DNA from: a virus
Length of the DNA stretch: 58,949 nt
IMG/VR virus record: IMGVR_UViG_3300049049_000112
Span: 1-58,949 of that record
Direction: 5' to 3' (one strand)
Positions 7,707 to 16,654 of the stretch are shown one piece after another; positions within the stretch are counted from its first letter, which is position 1; the number at the start of each line of letters is the position of its first letter. The notes under the pieces were generated by a model. That model was not told the origin of the DNA. It worked only from the letters and a program-made list of their open reading frames with translations, and did not search any database. The position numbers were made by a program, and so were the translations under genes.

Positions 7707-8153
7707 ATGAGCCAGTTTCTCACCTGCGAATCCCGCACCATCGGCGGGAAAGAATATCAGATCAGGGTCTTGTCTGTGGGCGAGGGGGCCCGCAAGATCT
7801 ACCACCGCATCCAGCGCCTGCTGTCCATCGTGGGCGACAAGGAGAACCTCGCCGGCCTGGACCCAGTGTTCACCGCGATCATGGCAGGAGCGCTCTCGGA
7901 GGAGGACACCGACGCCCTGGTCAAGACGTTCGCCCCGACCACCACGGTCGACATGGGCGGAGACCCGCAGCGGACCGTGTCGCTGAAGGACCCCAAGGTT
8001 CAGGACGAGATCTTCTCTGCCAACCTCGAGGAGATGTTCGAGTGGCTGAGCGCCTGCGTCGAAGTGAACTTCGGGGGCGTCATTGCAAAAATGCGCGGCG
8101 CTCTGTCCAGCTTCGGCGACAAGGCGCAAACAAGCCAGCCGAAGGACAAGTAA
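7707..8153 (+). CDS. Tail assembly chaperone (G-like)
   Basis: 148 aa acidic protein directly upstream of the tape measure gene; ATG 7707 chosen over the longer track ORF (7596) because of the promoter box. Confidence 0.7.
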   Translation: MSQFLTCESRTIGGKEYQIRVLSVGEGARKIYHRIQRLLSIVGDKENLAGLDPVFTAIMAGALSEEDTDALVKTFAPTTTVDMGGDPQRTVSLKDPKVQDEIFSANLEEMFEWLSACVEVNFGGVIAKMRGALSSFGDKAQTSQPKDK

Positions 8154-8332
8154 GCGTCGCCACGCCAGAGGGCGTCGACTGGGAGATCATGCGCATCGTG
8201 ACGTCTCCTCGGTACTCGGTCAGCGCCTGGGAGATTCGAGACCGATGGTCGCTCGAGGATCTGCTCGACGCTCACCTCTGCGAGGACATGTACATCGAGC
8301 TGGAGCGCAAGGCCGCGAAACCCGCCATATAG
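8042..8332 (+). CDS. -1 frame extension of the chaperone (GT-like frameshift product)
   Basis: ORF open in the -1 frame across the last 110 nt of the chaperone gene and ending 19 nt before the tape measure start; G5 run at 8073-8077 and A5 run at 8087-8091 in the overlap. Confidence 0.55.
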   Translation: MAERLRRSELRGRHCKNARRSVQLRRQGANKPAEGQVSVATPEGVDWEIMRIVTSPRYSVSAWEIRDRWSLEDLLDAHLCEDMYIELERKAAKPAI

Positions 8333-8350
8333 TCAAGCCCTACACCTTTC

Positions 8351-10012
8351 GTGGTAGGCTTGTACGTGGCGATACTACGAGACGTTTTGGCGCGCTTTGC
8401 TGTCTCGGTGGACGACGCCCCGCTGTCCAAGCTGGACAAGCGAATCAATGTTGTCAAGGACAACATTGCCAAGATGGCCTCTATCGCCGGGGCGGGCTTC
8501 GCTGCTGTGGCGTACGGCGCCTACAAGGCAGTATCCGCCGCCAGCAACGCAGACGAGTCGCTGAACGTCCTGAGGCAGACGTTCAAGGGCAACAGCGACG
8601 CTGTTGTGCAGTGGAGCAAGACGATCGGCAAGGAGGTTGGGCGCTCGGAGTACACGCTCCAAGAAGCAGCCGGACGCTTCGGCTCGTTCTTGTCGCCTGT
8701 GTTCAAGGACTCCGGCGTCGACATCACGAAGATGTCGGAACGGCTGGCGGAGCTCGCTGTCGATCTTGGCAGCTTCTACAACACGTCGGACGAAGAAGCC
8801 GCTATGCGCCTCTTCTCGGGCATGTCTGGCGAGACGGAAGCTGTACGTCGACTGGGCATCGATATCAGCGATTCCAGCCTCAAAGACCTGCACAAGAAGA
8901 GTGGGGACAAGAGGGCGTACGAAAGCCTCGATCTCGCAACCAAGACGCAACTGCGCTTCACGAAGATTCTTGCGGACACCGTCGACAAGCAGGGCGACGC
9001 AGCGCGCACCGCAGGCGGCTGGGCGAACAGCGTCAAGCGCGTTCAGGAGCGCATCAAGACGCTGACCGTAGAGATCGGGCGCCGGCTCATGCCGACAGCC
9101 AAGAAGTTCCTGAACGCGCTCGAGCACACCGTTCTCTTCGTCGGTAAGGCTTACGACTTCATCACCCGCCAGACGCACTCTCTGGAGGTCGCGTTTGGCT
9201 TGGCTACGATAGCGCTTACTCGGTTCGCCTACGCCCAGGCTGCGCTGGTGGTGACGGCTCCCGGTTTCCTTGCCCAGCTGGTGGCCTACACAGGCGCAGC
9301 GCTCAAGAGCGCTGCAGCGTTCGCGAAACTGGCGCTGACGTTCCTGGTCATCGAGGACTTCATCGGCTTCTTGCGCGGGCACAAGAGCGTGTTCGGCGAC
9401 TTCTTGACCGAGGTCACCGGGCTCCAGAAGCCCCTCCAAGCTTTTGAAGACGTCATGGCAGATCTCGCCTCGCACTTCATGAACGTCATGACAGCCATAA
9501 AGAACATGGCCCTCTTCATTCCAAGAGTCAGCGCGGCGTTGATGCTAGGTAAGCCTTTGGGGGAGGCGGTGTCCGGAGCCAGCGACATGCGCCAGGACAT
9601 GGTCGACGTAGACAAGCACGCCCGCCAGCGCGACACCGATCGCAGGGCCGCGTTCCAGTCTGCTGTCGAGGCAGGCGACTACAAGGGCGCCATGCAGCAC
9701 AGTGACCCTCTCGAGACTAAGTCTGAGGCCAAGAGGCGCGCCCTCCAAACCCGAGTGGACTACGTCTCCGCGAACCCGGACAAGGCCACGGAGCAGGACT
9801 ACGCGACGGGCCTCGCTAGCTGGTCTGCTGCCAAGCCATCGATGCAGATGCAGCCTCAGAACATCTCGCCGGCAGCCAGTAAGAAAGCTCCTGTGGTCAT
9901 CCAGAGCGTCACGATCAACGGGGTGAAGAGCGCAGAGGAGGCCATCGATAGGCTTATGAGAGAGGCCGATTCGGCCGAGGCGCGCGGGGCGTACAAGGAG
10001 CTTACAGACTAA
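8351..10012 (+). CDS. Tail tape measure protein
   Basis: 553 aa; Ala/Gly-rich helical N-terminal half, hydrophobic central segments; canonical position after the chaperone pair; start GTG 8351 is uncertain. Confidence 0.85.
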   Translation: MVGLYVAILRDVLARFAVSVDDAPLSKLDKRINVVKDNIAKMASIAGAGFAAVAYGAYKAVSAASNADESLNVLRQTFKGNSDAVVQWSKTIGKEVGRSEYTLQEAAGRFGSFLSPVFKDSGVDITKMSERLAELAVDLGSFYNTSDEEAAMRLFSGMSGETEAVRRLGIDISDSSLKDLHKKSGDKRAYESLDLATKTQLRFTKILADTVDKQGDAARTAGGWANSVKRVQERIKTLTVEIGRRLMPTAKKFLNALEHTVLFVGKAYDFITRQTHSLEVAFGLATIALTRFAYAQAALVVTAPGFLAQLVAYTGAALKSAAAFAKLALTFLVIEDFIGFLRGHKSVFGDFLTEVTGLQKPLQAFEDVMADLASHFMNVMTAIKNMALFIPRVSAALMLGKPLGEAVSGASDMRQDMVDVDKHARQRDTDRRAAFQSAVEAGDYKGAMQHSDPLETKSEAKRRALQTRVDYVSANPDKATEQDYATGLASWSAAKPSMQMQPQNISPAASKKAPVVIQSVTINGVKSAEEAIDRLMREADSAEARGAYKELTD

Positions 10013-10791
10013 TGGCTATCATTACATTCGATACCACAGGTCTAGGGCTCTTCAGCTACATCCGCTTTGATGCGGTCATGTCTGAGGTGCACAACGACTC
10101 CTCTATTGTGACCGAGCACCCTATCGAGAAGGGCGCCAACATCTCCGATCACGTCATGCCCGAGCAGCCGAAGCTGAATATCGAGGCCTTCATCACCAAC
10201 ACGCCCATCGAGTCGGAGGTGCTGCTGTACGGCACGACCGTGGGCGCGCTTTTCGGTCTGTCGCTGCCTATCTCACTGCAGGGCGCAATGAACCGCTGGG
10301 TCAACGGTGCGCAGGTTCGAGGCGGAGATCTGTTCCCTCTCCAGACGAACGGCTTCCAGCGCCCGCAGACGCCTATTGTTACGACACCGTCGCAGCGGGT
10401 GCAGATCCCCAACGTCGTGGCTGGGACGTCTCTGCAGTTCCCCAAGCGCGTAGACCGCGTCCGTAAGGTCTACGCAGCGCTGCAGGAGGTCATGCAGAAG
10501 GGTGTGCCCGTCGCGTACTTCGGCTCGCTTCGAGACTACCCCCGCATGTTTATAAGCAGGCTCTCCGCGCCTCTCGTGGCAGAGGACAGCATCACCTTTT
10601 CCATGGAGCTCGTGTCCGTTAGCTTCGCGGACTCGCGCACGGTCGAAGTGACCAAGAAGCGCCCCGAAGAGAAGCGCGCGGCAGAGACAGCAGTGCAGGG
10701 ACCGCAAGCCCCTGCGAGCATTGACTTTGGAGACGACGAGCAGACCACGAGTACAAACGCCCGAGAGATACTTCAGTCGATAGCGAGCTAA
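10012..10791 (+). CDS. Tail/baseplate-proximal structural protein
   Basis: 259 aa; start overlaps the tape measure stop (taATG); SSIVTEHPIEKGANISDHV motif recalled from distal-tail/baseplate proteins. Confidence 0.55.
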   Translation: MAIITFDTTGLGLFSYIRFDAVMSEVHNDSSIVTEHPIEKGANISDHVMPEQPKLNIEAFITNTPIESEVLLYGTTVGALFGLSLPISLQGAMNRWVNGAQVRGGDLFPLQTNGFQRPQTPIVTTPSQRVQIPNVVAGTSLQFPKRVDRVRKVYAALQEVMQKGVPVAYFGSLRDYPRMFISRLSAPLVAEDSITFSMELVSVSFADSRTVEVTKKRPEEKRAAETAVQGPQAPASIDFGDDEQTTSTNAREILQSIAS

Positions 10792-10794
10792 CCG

Positions 10795-11130
10795 ATGCCT
10801 TTCTTGAGCCTACCAGAAACCCCTGTCCCGTTCTCCACCCAGAAGGCGGAGCTCGACGGCGTCAGTTACCTAGTCAAGATCGAGTGGAACATGCGCTCGG
10901 GGTGGTATCTCGGCCTGAGCGACGCAGCCGGAAACGTAATCTTCCAGCCCAAGAAGCTGGTAGCCGATTGGGACATCCTGCGCAGCGTGACAGACTCTCG
11001 TAGGCCTCCTGGGAAGCTAGCCCTGATTGACATCTCAGGACGAGGTCTCGAGGCAACCTACGACGGCCTGGGCAGTACGCACAAGATCGCCTACCTCTCC
11101 CTCGAGGAGATAGCAGCGCTGAGGGCATAA
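10795..11130 (+). CDS. Hypothetical baseplate-module protein
   Basis: 111 aa; tightly packed between structural genes. Confidence 0.5.
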   Translation: MPFLSLPETPVPFSTQKAELDGVSYLVKIEWNMRSGWYLGLSDAAGNVIFQPKKLVADWDILRSVTDSRRPPGKLALIDISGRGLEATYDGLGSTHKIAYLSLEEIAALRA

Positions 11131-12005
11131 TGATTCTCAGGGACCGAGACTGGAAGATCCGTGTAGCGGGCATTGAGTTCGAGAAGCTCAACGTCGAGTT
11201 CGAGATCGAGAAGATTCTCCGGCCCGAGCCGAACAAGTGCTCTTTGACGATCTACAACCTAAGCGCGAACTCTCGAGCGATCATCGAGCAGCTGAATATC
11301 TACGATCCGAAGAAGGGCACCACGTCCCGCCGGAACGTGGGCGCCTCCAGCAAGGCAGCGAAGTCGGGCAACATCCGAGTGGAGATCGAGGCCGGGTACA
11401 AAGGCGAGCGCTCCCTGTTGTTTCGAGGGGACCTTCGCCGCGCCATAAGCACAAAGCAAGGAGGCACCTGGGTCACCAAGATCGAAGGCGAGGACGGAGG
11501 GCGCAGCGTGCTGTCGGCCCGCGTGGCTGAGTCTTTCCCCGCAGGCACGCCGAAGCTAACTGTCGTACGCAAGTGCGCCGAGGCCATGGGCGTAGGCCTC
11601 GGCAACATCGTCGAGGTAGCCGACCTGCTCGGAGGCGTCTACTCGAGCGGCACCGTGCTCGACGGGAGCGCCCCTGATGAACTGAAGGGCGTTCTCCGCC
11701 GATCAGGCCTCGTGTACAGCATCCAGAATGGCGTGCTGCAGTTCCAGCGCACGGGGCAGGGCGTCGGGCTGAAGGTTCAGGCGTTGTTCCTGTCGGAGAA
11801 GACTGGGCTCGTGCTCTCGCCCGAGCGCGACGCCACAGGCGAGCTCAAAGTTACGTGCCTGCTGATTCCGAACGTCGTACCGGGCGGCTATGTCCTGCTC
11901 GAATCGATTACGTACAACGGAGTCTATCGGATAGTAGCTGTCTCCTCCAAAGGCCAGTCGCGGGGCACGGAGTGGTACCACGTGCTGAGCTTGGTGCCGG
12001 GGTAG
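11130..12005 (+). CDS. Baseplate hub-like protein
   Basis: 291 aa; taATG overlap; FEIEKILRPEPNKCSLTIYNLSANSRAII resembles baseplate hub proteins. Confidence 0.6.
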   Translation: MILRDRDWKIRVAGIEFEKLNVEFEIEKILRPEPNKCSLTIYNLSANSRAIIEQLNIYDPKKGTTSRRNVGASSKAAKSGNIRVEIEAGYKGERSLLFRGDLRRAISTKQGGTWVTKIEGEDGGRSVLSARVAESFPAGTPKLTVVRKCAEAMGVGLGNIVEVADLLGGVYSSGTVLDGSAPDELKGVLRRSGLVYSIQNGVLQFQRTGQGVGLKVQALFLSEKTGLVLSPERDATGELKVTCLLIPNVVPGGYVLLESITYNGVYRIVAVSSKGQSRGTEWYHVLSLVPG

Positions 12006-12014
12006 TGCTACCCT
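12006..12014 (+). promoter_or_regulatory. Extended -10 box TGCTACCCT, 6 nt before GTG 12021 (leaderless)
   Basis: tgctaccct-gagact-GTG. Confidence 0.55.
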
Positions 12015-12020
12015 GAGACT

Positions 12021-12671
12021 GTGGCTCGAGTACACGGCAACATCTCTCTCGCTCAGGTCATCGGCAACGCTGCCGACCGTCGAGCTAACGACTTGGCAGT
12101 GTCGCTGCCAGGCATCGTAGTCTCCTACAACCCGGCCACCGAAACCGCTACTATCAAGCCGGGCGTGAGTCGGCTCGTCCCTTCGGTAGAGGACCCAGAC
12201 GACGACGTAGTAGAGGAACTGCCGGCGATTCACGACGTGCCTGTCGCTTGGTACCGGGCGCGCGGTGTCTCCATCGTGCCGCCTGTGGGACTCACGCCGG
12301 GCGACCCCGTCACGCTGTTGTGCATGGACCGGGACATCTCTGCCTGGCTCCGCAGCGGGGCGCTCAGCGAGCCTGACGACGCTCGCAGTCACAGCTGGGC
12401 AAACGCCATAGCGATCCCCGGCCTGGTGCCGAGCTCGAACCCGTTCACCGCGCCGGTCGACGCGGCAGCGCTGGCCAGCAAGCTGGACGCAATATTTCAA
12501 GCCATCTCAGCGATCCCTCCAGTGCCTTCAGTGAGCCCGGCTGTCGATGGGGCCCCTGCTTTAGTGATCGCCAACGCTATTTTGACTGCCGTTCGAGCGG
12601 TCTACCTGACCGTGCCCCCGACTCCGAGTGTTGTCTCGTGCGCTTCCCAGATACTGAAGGTGGACCTGTAA
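12021..12671 (+). CDS. Baseplate central spike protein (gp138-N / gpV-like)
   Basis: 216 aa; LPGIVVSYNPATETATIKPG...LPAIHDVPVAW...PGDPVTLLCMDRDISAW fits the spike N-terminal domain pattern. Confidence 0.7.
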   Translation: MARVHGNISLAQVIGNAADRRANDLAVSLPGIVVSYNPATETATIKPGVSRLVPSVEDPDDDVVEELPAIHDVPVAWYRARGVSIVPPVGLTPGDPVTLLCMDRDISAWLRSGALSEPDDARSHSWANAIAIPGLVPSSNPFTAPVDAAALASKLDAIFQAISAIPPVPSVSPAVDGAPALVIANAILTAVRAVYLTVPPTPSVVSCASQILKVDL

Positions 12672-12683
12672 TGAAAAAGCTGT

Positions 12684-13154
12684 GTGTTTACTTGGCCATT
12701 GAGGCCGTTCTACTACACGCAGAGTGGCACGAAATCTACTACAGGCTGGTGTAAAATCGAACTCGGCGTCACATTGACCTCCTCTCTGGTGAACCCAGAT
12801 GTAGGGGACCTCGCACTCGAAGACACCGGGCTCGAGGTCGTACGCACCTCTCTCGCGGACGAGGTGGCGCAGCGCTTGCACGTCCGACTCAAGTTCTTCC
12901 GGGGTGAGTGGTTTCTCAACCTGAACGAAGGCGTGCCCTGGTACCAGCTCATCTTCGTCAAGGCGCCCCAGGACCGGGTCATCCGCTTTGTGTTCGGGGA
13001 GGTCATCCGCGGCACCGAAGGCGTGGCCGAGCTCGTCACGCTCGACTACTCCATCAGCAGCACCCGGCAGCTCAGCCTCTCGTTCACCGCGCGCCTCCAG
13101 GACGGTACGTTGCTCCGCTCTTTCGACTACGCCCCGTTCGTCTTGGCGGTGTAG
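12684..13154 (+). CDS. Baseplate wedge protein (gp25/W- or DUF2634-like); start uncertain
   Basis: LKFFRGEWFLNLNEGVPWYQ motif; the first ~35 codons are low GC and contain two tctactac boxes, so GTG 12789 is an alternative start. Confidence 0.6.
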   Translation: MFTWPLRPFYYTQSGTKSTTGWCKIELGVTLTSSLVNPDVGDLALEDTGLEVVRTSLADEVAQRLHVRLKFFRGEWFLNLNEGVPWYQLIFVKAPQDRVIRFVFGEVIRGTEGVAELVTLDYSISSTRQLSLSFTARLQDGTLLRSFDYAPFVLAV

Positions 13155-13160
13155 CGACCG

Positions 13161-13169
13161 TGCTACCTT
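13161..13169 (+). promoter_or_regulatory. Extended -10 box TGCTACCTT, 6 nt before ATG 13176 (leaderless)
   Basis: tgctacctt-gtgagt-ATG. Confidence 0.55.
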
Positions 13170-14351
13170 GTGAGTATGGCGGGACTCACAAGCGCAGGGT
13201 ACGAAGCCAAGAGCCTCGCCGACATTGAAGCAGAGATTGGGGCGGCCGTAAGGGCGGGCATCTCGCCCACGCTCAACACGAGCTCGACGTCGATCCTCGG
13301 TCAAGCCATCGGCGCCACGGCCTCGCAGCTTCGCCAAGTCTGGGAAGCGGGCCAGGACAACTACGCAGCAGCGGACATTGACCAGGCCACGGGCGACGCC
13401 CTCACGGCGCTGTGCAAGCTGACTGGCACCGTCCGCAACGCGGCCACGCCGAGCACCGTGCTGATGACTGTGACGCTGGCAGCGGGCACCTACGCAGCCG
13501 GCAGCCTGATCGTTCACGTAGTAGGCGACGCAACCAAGCGATTCACCAACGACGAAGAGATCACTACTGCCGGCGCTACGCTCACCGGCCAGGCTTTCAC
13601 CTGCGAAGACAACGGCCCCACGCGCGCGAACGCAGGCACGTTGACCGTAATCGCGAGCCCCGTTACCGGCTTCTCTGCCCCAACGAACCCGGCCGAAGCC
13701 GTGCTGGGCCTCGAGGAAGAGACCGACTCCGCCCTACGCCTGCGGCACTCTCAGGAGCTGGCGCGCACCGGCTCGAGTACGGTGGACGCGATCCGCGTTG
13801 ACGTAGACGACGCTGTCGAGGACATCAGCTTCGCGTCCTGCTTCGAGAACGACACCGACGCCACCGTAGACAGTAGGCCTCCTCACAGCATCGAGTTGCT
13901 GGTCCAGGGCGGCACGGACGCGGACGTAGCTGCAGCCATATTCCTGGCCAAGCCTGCAGGTATCCAGGCGTACGGAACGACTACGGTCGTGGTCTCCGAT
14001 ACGCAAGGCAACAACCACTCCATCGGCTTCACTCGGCCTACGGTCATCACGATCTTCATCGACTTGGTACTCACCGTGATCTCGGGGGAGTACGCGGGCG
14101 ACAGCGTCGTGAAGCAGGCTATCACCGACTGGTGCGACGCCAACCTGTCCGTGGGGCACGACGTGATCCGCTCGCGCATCCAGTACATCTGCATGGGCGT
14201 TGCCGGAGTGATTGACGCTGTCGCAGAGATAGGCCTGAGCGCAGGCGCAGGTACAGCCGCAGCCAACTACGTGATCGGCTCAAGAGAGATTGCCAGCGTC
14301 GACACCGCCAACATCGCGATCGTTCAGTCCGTAGTAACCGCGCCCCCGTAA
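13170..14351 (+). CDS. Baseplate J-like protein
   Basis: 393 aa; N-terminal SAGYEAKSLADIEAEIGAAVRAGISPTLNTS...GDALTALCKLTG pattern typical of gpJ; true start is probably ATG 13176. Confidence 0.8.
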   Translation: MSMAGLTSAGYEAKSLADIEAEIGAAVRAGISPTLNTSSTSILGQAIGATASQLRQVWEAGQDNYAAADIDQATGDALTALCKLTGTVRNAATPSTVLMTVTLAAGTYAAGSLIVHVVGDATKRFTNDEEITTAGATLTGQAFTCEDNGPTRANAGTLTVIASPVTGFSAPTNPAEAVLGLEEETDSALRLRHSQELARTGSSTVDAIRVDVDDAVEDISFASCFENDTDATVDSRPPHSIELLVQGGTDADVAAAIFLAKPAGIQAYGTTTVVVSDTQGNNHSIGFTRPTVITIFIDLVLTVISGEYAGDSVVKQAITDWCDANLSVGHDVIRSRIQYICMGVAGVIDAVAEIGLSAGAGTAAANYVIGSREIASVDTANIAIVQSVVTAPP

Positions 14352-14358
14352 AGGACCC

Positions 14359-14967
14359 ATGGCCGACGAACTCACAGGCGCAGTAGACGGCGTCTACTCG
14401 CACAACGAAGAGCACGTCGCGGAAGCGATCAGTCACCTGATCGAGTTCTTCCGGCATGGCCCGCGCAACCAGGCGCTGCTCACTGCGTTGAACGAGCAAG
14501 TGCAGGAGATCGAGGACGCGAACTGGGCGCACCACAACGCCTTCGACGTAGATACGGCAGTGGGCGAGCAGCTCGACTTCTTGGGCAAGCAAGTAGGCGA
14601 GCGCAGAGACGATCGCACCGACGACGCCTACAGGGCAGCGGTCCGCGTTCGTATTCTCGTGAACCTGAGCAACGGTAGGCTCGAGGAGCTTATCGCCATA
14701 GCGTTAGGGATATCGCCCACGGCAGTACTGGTTGTGCGCGAGCTCTATCCTGCAACAGTAAGTATCGAGCCCGATACCCTTGGCTCGGCTACTCTTCAGC
14801 AAGCGTATCGACTGCTGAAGAAAGCGAAGCCGGCAGGCGTGAGGCTGCTGCTTTCCGGCGCTGGCGACGTCGCGTCTCTCGGCGCAGTGGACGGCAGCCC
14901 GGTCGGCGGTACTATGGGCGCCGTAGACGGCAGTCCGCTCGGCTTCCTCATGAGCGGCGGCACGTAG
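14359..14967 (+). CDS. Baseplate/tail-fibre adaptor (DUF2612-like)
   Basis: 202 aa following gpJ; LDFLGKQVGERRDDRTDDAYRAAVRVRI motif. Confidence 0.6.
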   Translation: MADELTGAVDGVYSHNEEHVAEAISHLIEFFRHGPRNQALLTALNEQVQEIEDANWAHHNAFDVDTAVGEQLDFLGKQVGERRDDRTDDAYRAAVRVRILVNLSNGRLEELIAIALGISPTAVLVVRELYPATVSIEPDTLGSATLQQAYRLLKKAKPAGVRLLLSGAGDVASLGAVDGSPVGGTMGAVDGSPLGFLMSGGT

Positions 14968-14986
14968 GAGTAGCCGCATACCCGCA

Positions 14987-14995
14987 TGCTACTCT
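14987..14995 (+). promoter_or_regulatory. Extended -10 box TGCTACTCT, 5 nt before ATG 15001 (leaderless)
   Basis: tgctactct-gagag-ATG. Confidence 0.55.
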
Positions 14996-15000
14996 GAGAG

Positions 15001-15939
15001 ATGGCGAAGCCTCTCAGTACCACCACGTGGGCCACCGACACCAACATCGCTTCCGGTACCGAGACAGGCACGCCCACCAAGGTCGACCCCGGTGCAGGGT
15101 ACCGCGCCCAGGGCGGCGTTCCGGGGCTGGCGTTCATCGCCCCCTACTGGAACTACGTCGTCAACTTGCTGTGTCAGTGGATGGTGTACCTAGACGGTAT
15201 CACGACTGACTCTCAGTTCTTGGGCTCGCTGTTCGCCTGGACCGGTATTCACACGTTCACGCCCAGCACGGCGGCTACGGACGGCCTCACCGCCACAGGC
15301 AACACTACCGGCGCAGGCTTGAGAGGTCTCGGCGGCAGCACGGGGGCAGGCGTTCGCGGCACAGGCGGGACCTTGGGCGGGAACGGCGGGAACTTTTACG
15401 CAACGGCTTCCGGCGCAGACGGCGTCCAGTGTTCGGGTGTCGGTGCCGGGCACGGCTGCAAAGGCTTCGGCGGTACTACCGGCGCGGGTCACATAGGTAC
15501 AGGTGGCTCTACGAGCGGCGCGGGCGTGCTGGGCCTCGGCACCGGCGCAGCTGCGCCGACCATGACCAAAGAGGGCGTCTACGGCGTAGGCGGGACGAGC
15601 GCCCCAGGCGTGAAAGGAGAAGGCGGAGCTTTCGCGGCTGGAGGAGAGTTTTCGGGTGTAGACGGTGTGGTCGGCGAATCTACCGGCGCAGGAGCGGGAG
15701 GGCGCTTCCTTGGGCCTGTCGCCTATAACGCGGGCGACCACGCGCTCGAAGTCGAGGCCCGAAACATAAACACCCCGCACATCCAACTGGTGACCGGCAT
15801 CAACGCAAACCCCGCAGGAGCAGCGCACGGGAGCATCTGGCTTACTACCACAGCAGACGGGATGTACTTCCAAGTAGGCTTGAACGTCTACTCGTTTGAG
15901 GCGGCTGGGTTGTATCGCAACGGCGTACTCATAGCGTAG
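15001..15939 (+). CDS. Glycine-rich tail fibre protein
   Basis: 312 aa; about 130 aa of G-x-G-G/TGAG repeats (GAGLRGLGGSTGAGVRGTGGTLGGNGG...) after a conserved N-terminus. Confidence 0.7.
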   Translation: MAKPLSTTTWATDTNIASGTETGTPTKVDPGAGYRAQGGVPGLAFIAPYWNYVVNLLCQWMVYLDGITTDSQFLGSLFAWTGIHTFTPSTAATDGLTATGNTTGAGLRGLGGSTGAGVRGTGGTLGGNGGNFYATASGADGVQCSGVGAGHGCKGFGGTTGAGHIGTGGSTSGAGVLGLGTGAAAPTMTKEGVYGVGGTSAPGVKGEGGAFAAGGEFSGVDGVVGESTGAGAGGRFLGPVAYNAGDHALEVEARNINTPHIQLVTGINANPAGAAHGSIWLTTTADGMYFQVGLNVYSFEAAGLYRNGVLIA

Positions 15940-15952
15940 TCGGAGGTGCGTT

Positions 15953-16654
15953 GTGAGTAACGAAGAAGTATTGCGCGGCGTAGCGGCGGATCTGGCCGTC
16001 GTCAAGTCGAAGGTGGAGTGCCTGCCCGAACTGGTTCGTCGCATCGACGAACTGGAGCGGACGGACCTGAAGCGCTCGGCGTGGGCAGCAGGGGCCGGAG
16101 CGACGGTCTCTGCGATGTTCGTCTCTGCGATGTGGGTGCTCTCGCGGCTTCACATCCTGGTGCTGTCCGTGCTCCTCTTGGCTTGCGCTCCAGTGCCGCT
16201 GCTCCGAGAGGCTGCGGCTCCCGAAGCAGCGCAGCCCGTAGCGGCTCGCTGGCCGACCCAGGTGGAGATGTTCGTGGACGTGGGGCTAGGCACCGAGTGC
16301 GTGCTGGCCATCGCGACAGCGCTCGACTTCTGGGAGGCCCACGGCGTGGTCAAAGTCTCTCAGCTCATCCTGACGAGAGACCTCGAACCGAAGCTCGGGT
16401 ACGTCACTGCCACGCTGGGCGAGCCCGAGCTCGACAGCGCTGCCGCGATCACGACCTACGACGTCCTGGGCCCGCACATGCTGTGGGCAAACATCCAGTT
16501 CCGAGACGGCTACTGCAACCCGCTCGTCGCTGCTCACGAGATAGGCCACGCGCTCGGGCTCGACGACAGCTACGTCGAGGAAGGCAACGTCATGTACTGG
16601 GAGGTCAGCGGCCAAGGGGCGCAGGTCTCGCAAGAACAACTGGACTCGCTGTGA
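15953..16654 (+). CDS. Holin-like two-TM N-terminus with lipobox, fused to a metzincin-type zinc metalloprotease domain
   Basis: GGAGGT SD before GTG 15953; TM segments AWAAGAGATVSAMFVSAMWVL and HILVLSVLLLAC (lipobox LLLAC); HEIGHALGLDD plus a VMYW Met-turn-like motif. Confidence 0.7.
   Translation: MSNEEVLRGVAADLAVVKSKVECLPELVRRIDELERTDLKRSAWAAGAGATVSAMFVSAMWVLSRLHILVLSVLLLACAPVPLLREAAAPEAAQPVAARWPTQVEMFVDVGLGTECVLAIATALDFWEAHGVVKVSQLILTRDLEPKLGYVTATLGEPELDSAAAITTYDVLGPHMLWANIQFRDGYCNPLVAAHEIGHALGLDDSYVEEGNVMYWEVSGQGAQVSQEQLDSL

Noticed and set aside
16018-16650. The N-terminal 211 codons of track ORF 16018..17250, giving a 410-aa amidase.
   Set aside because: This part overlaps the metzincin gene in another frame and is Arg/Gly/Pro-rich shadow sequence. 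The amidase domain starts at GTG 16651, which forms a GTGA overlap with the upstream stop.
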